Origin: Tepidisphaerales bacterium
GTDB lineage: Bacteria > Planctomycetota > Phycisphaerae > Tepidisphaerales > Tepidisphaeraceae
Assembly: GCA_038318605.1 (NCBI GenBank)
Contig: JBBQCK010000001.1
Span: 1-24,473, forward strand
DNA length: 24,473 bases
Reading direction: 5' to 3'
Positions 9,894-18,193 of the stretch are shown here, piece by piece. The translations under genes were made by a program, and so were the position numbers. The first letter of the stretch is position 1. The number at the start of each line of letters is the position of its first letter. The notes beneath the pieces were generated by a model. The model saw only the letters and a program-made list of their open reading frames with translations. It searched no databases and had not been told where the DNA came from.

Positions 9894-11099
9894 CTACACC
9901 CCTGCCATCGCGCGAAAGGCTATAATTGCTTCGCGCCATCCGGCCAAGTGGCCCGGCCCAGTTTGTGCTTCAAAATTGATGAAGCTCGGTCGTGCGGCGA
10001 GTCGCGCGTAAAGCGATTCAGCGCGGTCAATCATTTGCGTTGCGGATGCCAATCGGTTTGGAATTCGGCCGGTGGAGACCGGTGCCAGAATGTTGTGCAA
10101 TGATGTCCAATGGGCGAGACAGGCAATGGGATCGGTCCAACGATTCGCACCGGCGGCCGGGCCGCCTCGCAAAATTCCATCGTGCGCGGAGCCGGTCAGC
10201 ACATCATTGATGCGACCTGCGCGGAAGATGTCCTCCAGTTCAGGTTCGAGCAGTGGGGAAGACATCAAAGGCGCTGAGGAGTAACGTTTGCGTGCGCGAC
10301 CACCGCCTTCAGCAGGCATAAACCTAGCCATATTGAATTGCCGGAGTGATTGGTGCCAGCCGCTTGCCGTTCCACTTGCTCCCGCAGCGTGGAGCAACAT
10401 GCCCAACCAATCGCTGTATCCGACGAAAACTTGGTAGTCATTGACGCTAGCCAACACATGCACCATATACATCAGGTTCGCCATGGCGTTCGGATCCATA
10501 GCCGCTTGGTATGAAGAACTGTTGCGATGAACCAGAACATAGAAGCCGTTTGCTTCGAGCGAGGACAGGGCATCAAGGAATTCGGCCAGCCCGGTCGCGC
10601 TGCGTAGAGCTACTTCTGAAGTGACGATCGATACGAGCAACGGTTCGGGATTGGTCAACGTGCCGTGGTGATCGACTGCCGCCTCTGCCATATTAAGTGC
10701 GATTTGGCTCCATGAATCGCGGAAATCGTCGAACATGATATTCGGCGACACCAGATAACTGACTCCACTAAGCGTCGTATGCTGATAATTCAGACAGTCA
10801 CCGACATATCGTTCAATCTGTCGCGGGCTGAACTGCGTCCGGCTCAATCCAGCGTGAGCAGCGTAGTAATCGTATTCTGGCAGATGCCCGTCGCGGGGTG
10901 TGTTCAGTGTTGTCACATAAAACTGCGGGTCGATCATCAGCACAGCATTACCGTCCGACTCACGCAGTTCTGCGATGCATTGTTCTAGACGGTCACGCCC
11001 CTCGTCCTTCGGACTCAGAATTGCACCGGTGATCGTGCCTTCGTCCAATCCTTCGTGAACTTTCTGACCACGACCATAGCCGACCTGAGCAAGCAGCAT
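9894..11099 (-). CDS. Hypothetical 401-aa soluble alpha/beta protein (possibly TIM-barrel, beta-protein/sce7725-like); gene 2 of kinase operon
   Basis: Long ORF, ATG 2 nt after the kinase stop, SD-like GAGGGAGGG inside the kinase 3' end; alternating short hydrophobic strands (GAILSP, LMIDPQFY, YLVSP, LLVSIV, GFYVLV, VFVGY, TASGW). Fold call is inference. Confidence 0.75.
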   Translation of the reverse strand: MLLAQVGYGRGQKVHEGLDEGTITGAILSPKDEGRDRLEQCIAELRESDGNAVLMIDPQFYVTTLNTPRDGHLPEYDYYAAHAGLSRTQFSPRQIERYVGDCLNYQHTTLSGVSYLVSPNIMFDDFRDSWSQIALNMAEAAVDHHGTLTNPEPLLVSIVTSEVALRSATGLAEFLDALSSLEANGFYVLVHRNSSSYQAAMDPNAMANLMYMVHVLASVNDYQVFVGYSDWLGMLLHAAGASGTASGWHQSLRQFNMARFMPAEGGGRARKRYSSAPLMSSPLLEPELEDIFRAGRINDVLTGSAHDGILRGGPAAGANRWTDPIACLAHWTSLHNILAPVSTGRIPNRLASATQMIDRAESLYARLAARPSFINFEAQTGPGHLAGWREAIIAFRAMAGV

Positions 11100-11101
11100 G
11101 T

Positions 11102-12022
11102 TCAGTTCCCTCCCTCAGGTAATGATTCACGAAGTGCCTTTTGGAGCATTTCGATCTTGCGATAACGCAGTGCCGGGCGCTTCGCCAACAGGCGCATAAT
11201 GATGTCGCTCAGTGCTTCGGGGATGCCAGCCTGAAGCGTGTGCGGCGCGGGCGGCTGAACGTTCTTGATATTCGTCATCACTTCCCACGACGTCTGCGCA
11301 CCGCCGATGAATGGATGCACTCCGGTCGCCAATTGATAAAGAGTTACCCCGAGCGAGAACAAGTCGGATCGAAAATCAAGAATCTGCCGCCGATTCGAGA
11401 AGTCCATCTGTTCAGGTGAAAAGTAAATCGGCGTGCCAACTGGCCCCATCGACCACGACTCATCATTCAAGTCGAACACAAATCCCATATCGAGCACGAC
11501 GAAATCGCCTGTGGCCCGCTGCATGATGTTTCCGGGCTTGATGTCGCGATGAATCTTGTCGTGCTGCCAGAGCACATCGATCGCGTCGGCGACGTGCAGG
11601 CCGAGTTTGACCAACTCTGCCGGCGTCATTCCCGGCTGATTCGGTTTGAGGAGCTTTTTGATTGGTTGACCGTTGACCAATTCCTCGCTGAAGCAGATCA
11701 AATCCTCATCGCCGATCTTCACCGACCGCAATTCCACGGGACCGATCTTCACGAGATACGGCGAATCGCATTGCTTCATCGTCGCGACTTCACGCCGCGC
11801 CCGCGCGGTCACGTCGTCCAGCGAAACCTGCTGCACGCTGGCGTCCGGGTCTTGGTCGGCAAGCGGTCGCGGATTGGGTCGCAGAAACTTGAGGACGTAC
11901 GGCTGCCCCGCGATCGAGCACGAGTAAACGACCTTCTGGCCGCCCTTATCCAGATATTTCACATCGGAGGCTTCAGGCACCACAGCCCTGATTTCGTCTC
12001 CCGTGAACTGCGGAAATGGCAT
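11102..12022 (-). CDS. Soluble, stand-alone Ser/Thr protein kinase (~306 aa); gene 1 of kinase operon
   Basis: LDKGGQKVVY (atypical Gly loop), YVLKF, REV (alphaC Glu), HRDIKPGN, DMG, GTPIYFSPEQ, DLFSLG; no TM segment or sensor domain. Start ATG 12022 (alternative GTG 12049). Confidence 0.92.
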   Translation of the reverse strand: MPFPQFTGDEIRAVVPEASDVKYLDKGGQKVVYSCSIAGQPYVLKFLRPNPRPLADQDPDASVQQVSLDDVTARARREVATMKQCDSPYLVKIGPVELRSVKIGDEDLICFSEELVNGQPIKKLLKPNQPGMTPAELVKLGLHVADAIDVLWQHDKIHRDIKPGNIMQRATGDFVVLDMGFVFDLNDESWSMGPVGTPIYFSPEQMDFSNRRQILDFRSDLFSLGVTLYQLATGVHPFIGGAQTSWEVMTNIKNVQPPAPHTLQAGIPEALSDIIMRLLAKRPALRYRKIEMLQKALRESLPEGGN

Positions 12023-12028
12023 AATTGT

Positions 12029-12056
12029 ATTCTCGTAAGTTGATTTCACATGTCAA
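12029..12056 (-). promoter_or_regulatory. Candidate promoter for the kinase operon (possibly leaderless)
   Basis: Minus strand TTGACA (12056-12051), 16 nt, GAGAAT (12034-12029), 6 nt, ATG 12022. The -10 lacks the first T. Confidence 0.35.
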
Positions 12057-12059
12057 TGC

Positions 12060-12415
12060 GATGTGTTGGCGCAGGTGTCGTTGCGGCAGTTGCTTTGGTT
12101 TCCGCCGAATCAGAAGGATCGGGCTGCTTGCAGCGGTGGCGGAACAAGGTAGGGCAGAAGTCGGTGGATTTTGTGGTGTGTGAGGCGGGGACGTTGCGGC
12201 CGCTCGTCGTGATCGAGTTGGATGAGCCTTCGCACGCCAAGCCGGAGCGGCAGACGAGGGATGAGGACGTCGAGGCGATCCTCGGGGCCGCGAAGTTGCC
12301 GTTGTTGCATGTCCTCACGTCGCGAAATTACGACACCCGCGAACTGGAGGCGGCGATCGGGCCTTTTCTGGGTGCCATCGTCCGCCCCAATCCGCCACCC
12401 ACGATCCGAGGCTAA
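12060..12415 (+). pseudogene. 5'-truncated, frameshifted DUF2726-like gene
   Basis: Frame A DVLAQVSLRQLLWFPPNQKDRA(A) joins frame B LQRWRNKVGQKSVDFVVCEAGTLRPLVVIELDEPSH...RDEDVEAILGAAKLPLLHV by a single missing base at ~12127-12128; the N-terminal part is absent. Confidence 0.75.
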
Positions 12416-12539
12416 TCCCTCCTCGCTTGATGCTATCCCGGCCTCCGACCCGTCCGGCGCGCCCAACATGCGTGAGAAAGCAGCGCTGTCACTCCGCCCC
12501 CCTGCACTCTTCCCCTCCAACCCCCTACAATCCCGCCCC

Positions 12540-13475
12540 ATGGGCTTCTTTCAGAAAACGCGCGACAAGCTGATCCGCGCACTTCGCAAAACGGCGCAGG
12601 TGCTCGATACCGATATCCGCACGCTCTTCATTCCCGGGCGGCAGATTGATGATGCGTTTCTTGGCGAACTTGAATCCAAGCTCATCCGCGCCGACATGGG
12701 CGTGCGAAACGTTGATCGCATCGTCGCCGCGGTGCGCGAGCGCTGGCGGCTTGGGAAGCTTCGCAACGCATCCGAAGCCGAGGGAATCGTCCGCGAGCAG
12801 CTCATGGCCGGCTGGCCGGAGCAGAATCGCGAACTCGCCATCGCGCCGGCCGGGCCGACCGTCATCCTTGTTGCCGGCGTCAACGGCGCGGGCAAGACAA
12901 CCAGCATCGCCAAACTGGCCTGGCTTCTGACGCAGGTCGAGAAGAAAAAGGTCATGCTCTGCGCCGGCGACACATTTCGGGCGGCCGCCGTTCAGCAGCT
13001 TGGCATCTGGGCCGACCGGCTCGGCGTCGAGATCGTCAAACATCGCCAGGGCGCCGACCCCGCGGCCGTCGCCTATGACGCCGCCGAGGCTGCCAAAAGC
13101 CGCGGTATGGATGTGCTGATCGTGGACACCGCCGGCCGGTTGCCGACACAGGAACCGCTGATCCGCGAACTGGTTAAAATTCGCGACGTCGTTGCCCGGC
13201 GCATCGAAGGCGCGCCCCACGAAGTCCTGCTCGTTCTCGACGCCACCACCGGCCAAAACGCCGTCAACCAGGCCCGCGTCTTCGGCGCCGCGATTGACGT
13301 GACCGGCATCTTCCTTGCCAAACTCGACGGCACGGCCAAGGGCGGCGTGGTCATGGCCATTCGCGACCAACTCCAAATCCCGGTAAAATTCATCGGCTTG
13401 GGCGAAACCCCCGAAGACATCGAAACCTTCGACCCCAGCCGCTTCATCGGCGCACTGTTTGGCCAGGCAGAATGA
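12540..13475 (+). CDS. ftsY: Signal recognition particle receptor FtsY (NG domain only, 311 aa)
   Basis: GVNGAGKTTSIAKLA, DTFRAAAVQQL, DPAAVAYDA, DTAGRL, DATTGQNA, AKLDGTAKGG, GLGE..DIETFDP. Start ATG 12540 (MGFFQK). Confidence 0.96.
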   Translation: MGFFQKTRDKLIRALRKTAQVLDTDIRTLFIPGRQIDDAFLGELESKLIRADMGVRNVDRIVAAVRERWRLGKLRNASEAEGIVREQLMAGWPEQNRELAIAPAGPTVILVAGVNGAGKTTSIAKLAWLLTQVEKKKVMLCAGDTFRAAAVQQLGIWADRLGVEIVKHRQGADPAAVAYDAAEAAKSRGMDVLIVDTAGRLPTQEPLIRELVKIRDVVARRIEGAPHEVLLVLDATTGQNAVNQARVFGAAIDVTGIFLAKLDGTAKGGVVMAIRDQLQIPVKFIGLGETPEDIETFDPSRFIGALFGQAE

Positions 13476-13526
13476 ACTTACGACCAGATTTATGACAATC
13501 AGCGGTTTTCCCCGCTGGTTCACTGG

Positions 13527-13568
13527 CCCTGCCCACTGCCCCCTTCCCACTGCCGCCTGCCGCCTGTA
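13527..13568. repeat. Heptamer tandem tract, 6 units (consensus SMCTGCC)
   Basis: CCCTGCC CACTGCC CCCTTCC CACTGCC GCCTGCC GCCTGTA, contiguous. Confidence 0.75.
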
Positions 13569-13588
13569 AATTTTTTTTATCATTGTCA

Positions 13589-13617
13589 TTGATCCCGAAC
13601 GAACGCCGTACTATACT
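13589..13617 (+). promoter_or_regulatory. Sigma70 promoter upstream of the recA leader
   Basis: TTGATC (13589-13594), 17 nt, TATACT (13612-13617), preceded by an A/T tract (13568-13580) resembling an UP element. Confidence 0.7.
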
Positions 13618-13627
13618 TCGACCCTTA

Positions 13628-13875
13628 CAGAGCATGAACAGTGCTCTGACGCCCGAATCAGGATGCCTTTGGTGATCTGGCATCGAGTTCGGGCGCGGCT
13701 TCAGGGCCGGCCGCCCCTTTTGGGGTCCCGACCTGAATCACCGCATGGCAGGAATCGGTCCTGAGCGCTTTAGCGCTATGTGCTGCATACGTCCGCCTCG
13801 CCGGTTGGCTTGGCTCGAACATGCAGGCTGGCGTCGTGCTTCGGCCAACCTTTAGCCTGCTGCCGCGCTGGCCCG
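13628..13875 (+). ncRNA. Structured RNA of unknown class in the recA 5' region
   Basis: Stems CAGAGCA/TGCTCTG (13628-48), CGCCCGAA/TTCGGGCG (13650-95) with inner GATGCC/GGCATC, TTCAGG/CCTGAA (13700-37) with CCCC-TTTT-GGGG, CAGGA/TCCTG, AGCGC/GCGCT, GGTTGGC/GCCAACC, GCAGGCT/AGCCTGC, GCGCGGC/GCCGCGC. Family not recognised. Confidence 0.4.
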
Positions 13876-13949
13876 TTGCCGCCGCGAATCAGATCACCAT
13901 GACCGGCCGGCTGAACCACAGACCCGGCCAATATCCAAAGGAGGCCCAC

Positions 13950-15140
<1,191 letters not shown>

Positions 15141-15147
15141 CAGGTCA

Positions 15148-15185
15148 AACGCGGGCGCGGCAACCCCAGCCGCCGCGCCCGCGTT
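15148..15185. repeat. 14-bp perfect GC-rich inverted repeat just after the recA stop (REP-like or stabilising hairpin)
   Basis: AACGCGGGCGCGGC (15148-61) / GCCGCGCCCGCGTT (15172-85), 10-nt loop, no U-tract. Confidence 0.75.
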
Positions 15186-15350
15186 CATCTTTCGCGCCCC
15201 TATGCACATTGTGAAAATCCAACGAGCCTCTCGGCCGGACCAGGCCGCACCCCCTTCCAGCTAAAACCCGCCTACGCGGCGATGGTCGCAGCGTTGGCCG
15301 GATATGCGAAATGCCTTTTATGCCGTCCACATCAGGCCAATCGCCCCCTG

Positions 15351-15399
15351 CTGCTCGCTCCCGGCTCCCTACTACCTGCCACTTACCCCCTACTACTCC
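15351..15399. repeat. Heptamer tandem tract, 7 degenerate units (consensus CYMCCTA)
   Basis: CTGCTCG CTCCCGG CTCCCTA CTACCTG CCACTTA CCCCCTA CTACTCC, contiguous and abutting a terminator. Confidence 0.65.
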
Positions 15400-15402
15400 A
15401 AT

Positions 15403-15437
15403 AAAAAACCCCTCGCCTGAGCAAGGGGTCTTTGTTT
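15403..15437. terminator. Bidirectional intrinsic terminator, stronger on the minus strand
   Basis: AAAAAA-CCCCT-c-GC-CTGA-GC-a-AGGGG-TCTTTGTTT: the minus-strand reading ends in TTTTTT, the plus-strand reading in TCTTTGTTT. Confidence 0.75.
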
Positions 15438-15521
15438 ACCGTGAGGGGTGCAATCCGTTGCTTCGGGGGCTGGACGACTCCGTCGCCCGCTTGTACCCAT
15501 CCGTCCCGAATCCCTTCGGTG
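15403..15521 (-). ncRNA. Candidate ~120-nt CsrB/RsmZ-like small RNA
   Basis: Own promoter and U6 terminator on the minus strand; four ANGGA motifs (15515-11 AGGGA; 15504-00, 15483-79, 15458-54 ACGGA), three in hairpin loops (CCGAA-GGGA-UUCGG; GGGCGA-CGGAG-UCGUCC; GCAA-CGGA-UUGC). Confidence 0.6.
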
Positions 15522-15527
15522 GCGCGA

Positions 15528-15555
15528 AAAATATCAGGAGTTTTTCCGGCCGCAA
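15528..15555 (-). promoter_or_regulatory. Extended -10 promoter driving the candidate sRNA
   Basis: Minus strand TTGCGG (15555-15550), 16 nt, TG-a-TATTTT (15536-15528). Confidence 0.45.
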
Positions 15556-15625
15556 GCAAAATAAGCGGAAATTGAAAGAAAAATTTGTTGGTACGATGGG
15601 TAACGCCGACTCAATTCGGCCTCGC

Positions 15626-17974
15626 ATGATACCGCCGACACCGCAAATCGCCGCTGGTTTTTTACAACTGGAGCATCCTGCCGCATTGTGGGTTGGGGTC
15701 GGCGTTGCAATTATTGCAGGCATCGTCTGCGTGCGAGCCAGCCGGCCACATGGGGCGGCATGGCTAATAGCCGCCATTGTTTCGCTGGCCTGCGCGGCGG
15801 CCGGCATGTCGATTCTTCGGCCAGAGCGCCAGCGGGTCGCTGTCATGGTCGATCTGTCCGCCAGTACGCGCACTGCGCGCTATCGTGACCCGGCACAGTT
15901 GAACCATCGCATATCGCAACTCGTGGGCGATACACCGCGTGATATCATCTATTTCAGCAACGGGCAGCATGATATTAAAGGCACACCCTCGCGCCTGCCG
16001 GACCTGCCGGGTGACCACACTGTATTCGCCGCGCCGCCGCGGTCGGCCGTGGTGCTGTTCAGTGACGGTCAGTTCGCAGCGCCCGAGGGTGGTGCACCTC
16101 CAACATTCTCCGTGATCGATCCGGGTCTCGACTCGCCGCGCGATGCGTCGGTTCAACAAGTCGAATTGCAGAAAGATGCGGAGACTTCAGGCATTATCGT
16201 GACGGCTTTCAATTCGACCGCGCGTGAGCTGCCGGTGCGGGCTGAGTTTCGATCCACGTCCATGCCAGCAGACTCAGCCGCGGGCCAAGCCGGCGTCGTC
16301 GCCACGCCCGGCGGCGCCTCGATACTGCAAATTCCGATTCCGTCGGCGGCGTCCGAGGTTGCCGTCGCCATCGAGAGCGCTGATCCCTGGCCGGAAAACA
16401 ATGCGATGCGCATTCGCATCCCGCCGCCGGTTCAGCAGCAGCGGTGGTGGGTGTCGGAGCGTGACCCCGCGCCAGAGGGTTGGCGGATTGTTCGGCCGAG
16501 CCTGCTGCCGGCGGCGCCGGCGGAGTATCTCGCGCCTTCGGTCATCGTATTGGACAATGTTTCATTGCCTTCGCTGGGGCCGCAGCGTTCGAGCCGCATC
16601 GTTCAATATGTACGCGACCTGGGCGGTGCATTAATCCTGAATGGTGGCGAGCATTCGTTCGCGGCCGGCGGGTACACAGGTTCTTCGATCGACTCGCTGT
16701 CGCCGCTGGCCAGCACGCCGCCGCTTCCGGCACGGCAATGGCTGCTGCTGCTTGACGTCAGTGGTTCCATGCAGGCAGCGACCGCCGGCGCCGGAAATCT
16801 ATGGGACGCGGAACTTCACGCAGCGCGAGGTTTGCTTGCGGCACTCCCGCCCGATGACGTTGGCATTGTCGGGGGTTTCTCGGCCGATCTGCGCTGGTGG
16901 TCGGCGGTGGTGCCGATCCACCAACTCGCCGATATCCCCCTGCCGCCGGCGGGTACATCGCCGCGCGGTACGACCAACCTTGAACCCGCCCTGGTCGCGG
17001 CGCTACAAAACTCCGCCACGGATCGCCCAGTCGAAATTATGCTGGTCACCGATGCAGAGGCCGAGATCAATGACACCGCAGCGCTCGCCGATCAACTTAA
17101 GTCGCATCGCGCGCGGCTGAGTGTCCTGGCGATTGGCGACGGACCGGCGATTAATGCGCTGGAACAACTCTGTCGCCAATCGAATGGCCGACTCGTGCGG
17201 CAGCCGGATCCGCACCAGTGGATGGGCGCGCTCGATGATCTTGGCCGGCAGGCAATCGGCGACAATCTGATCCGCGAGAAGCGCCGGATCATTTTCGCCG
17301 GGCGCATGAAGCAAACATCCGCAAAAAGTCTTTCAGTCATGAATCGCACCTGGCTCCGCAGTGGCGCAGCTCTGCTGGCAACGACGGACGACCCCGAAGC
17401 GATTCCGGCAGCGGCTTCGTGGAATGCCGGCGCGGGAAATGTGCTGGGTATCGCGTTTCAAGCAGATGCGGATTTCGTTGGCGAGATGGCCCAAACAATC
17501 GCACGACCGCCGGTCGATCCGCGATTGCGCCTCACCTGGCAGACCGGCCGGCCGGCGCGTCTGACGATCGAAGCGCGTGATGGACAGCGATGGATGAACG
17601 ATCTGAAAATCGCCCTAAGCCTTTCGACCGACGATGGCGCAAAAGTCGTCCCCGCCGATCAAACCGCGCCGGGCCGCTATGAAGCCGTCTTCGAGCCGCC
17701 GAGCCGGCCGACGCTCGCGATGGTGGCAGTCGGTGGCGAGATTTTGGCGCGCCACGAGATTGCCGGCCGATATTCAGCCGAGTTTGAACATCCCGGCGTC
17801 GATCGCGCTTCGCTGGAACAACTGGCTCTTCGCACCGGTGGCTTGGTGATTGAACCGTCGAAAACCACGCCGATCGACTTTCATTTTCCCGTCGAAGACA
17901 TGCCTCTGGGATATTGGCTTTCCGGATTGGGCGCGCTGCTCGCTGGCATCGGCCTGCTCCGCGCCCGGCGGTGA
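15626..17974 (+). CDS. Membrane-anchored protein with two vWA-like modules and a class I glutamine amidotransferase-like domain (~782 aa)
   Basis: N-terminal TM pair; VMVDLSAS..VLFSDG; IVLDNV..YVRDLGGALILNGGEHSFAAGGY; LLLDVSGSM..GTTNLEPAL..LVTDAE; C-terminal TM. Start uncertain (15596 or 15626). Confidence 0.8.
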   Translation: MIPPTPQIAAGFLQLEHPAALWVGVGVAIIAGIVCVRASRPHGAAWLIAAIVSLACAAAGMSILRPERQRVAVMVDLSASTRTARYRDPAQLNHRISQLVGDTPRDIIYFSNGQHDIKGTPSRLPDLPGDHTVFAAPPRSAVVLFSDGQFAAPEGGAPPTFSVIDPGLDSPRDASVQQVELQKDAETSGIIVTAFNSTARELPVRAEFRSTSMPADSAAGQAGVVATPGGASILQIPIPSAASEVAVAIESADPWPENNAMRIRIPPPVQQQRWWVSERDPAPEGWRIVRPSLLPAAPAEYLAPSVIVLDNVSLPSLGPQRSSRIVQYVRDLGGALILNGGEHSFAAGGYTGSSIDSLSPLASTPPLPARQWLLLLDVSGSMQAATAGAGNLWDAELHAARGLLAALPPDDVGIVGGFSADLRWWSAVVPIHQLADIPLPPAGTSPRGTTNLEPALVAALQNSATDRPVEIMLVTDAEAEINDTAALADQLKSHRARLSVLAIGDGPAINALEQLCRQSNGRLVRQPDPHQWMGALDDLGRQAIGDNLIREKRRIIFAGRMKQTSAKSLSVMNRTWLRSGAALLATTDDPEAIPAAASWNAGAGNVLGIAFQADADFVGEMAQTIARPPVDPRLRLTWQTGRPARLTIEARDGQRWMNDLKIALSLSTDDGAKVVPADQTAPGRYEAVFEPPSRPTLAMVAVGGEILARHEIAGRYSAEFEHPGVDRASLEQLALRTGGLVIEPSKTTPIDFHFPVEDMPLGYWLSGLGALLAGIGLLRARR

Positions 17975-18193
17975 ATGCACATCAACGCGCTGGTATTTGG
18001 GTGGGCTGTGGGAAGCGATTCAATCCGTGAATGATCCGATCGCCATTGGCACGATTCGGCCGGGCGGTTACGCTGCAATCCAACGCGATCGGTCGGCGGC
18101 GATCGATTCGCACGATCGGCCTGGCGGGTAGCGTCGCGATGTGTAGAGACGGACGGCGACTCCCCATTGATGATTGGCCTCGGAGACTTCCCT

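Noticed and set aside
15409-15483. Riboswitch look-alikes (pfl/ZTP CGCCTGAGCA; fluoride GCTGGACGACTCC)
   Set aside because: The required 5' partner motifs are absent; these segments are better explained by the terminator and the minus-strand sRNA.
15311-15625. N-terminal 105 aa of the 887-aa ORF call (likewise extensions from 12222, 13821, 8286, 2909, 18167, 21351)
   Set aside because: These run through repeats, terminators, promoters or the sRNA; downstream starts have better SD or homology support.
18050-18133. Imperfect ~24-nt direct repeat (18050 and 18111)
   Set aside because: Only two degenerate copies in GC-rich DNA; not CRISPR-like. No CRISPR array seen anywhere in the window.
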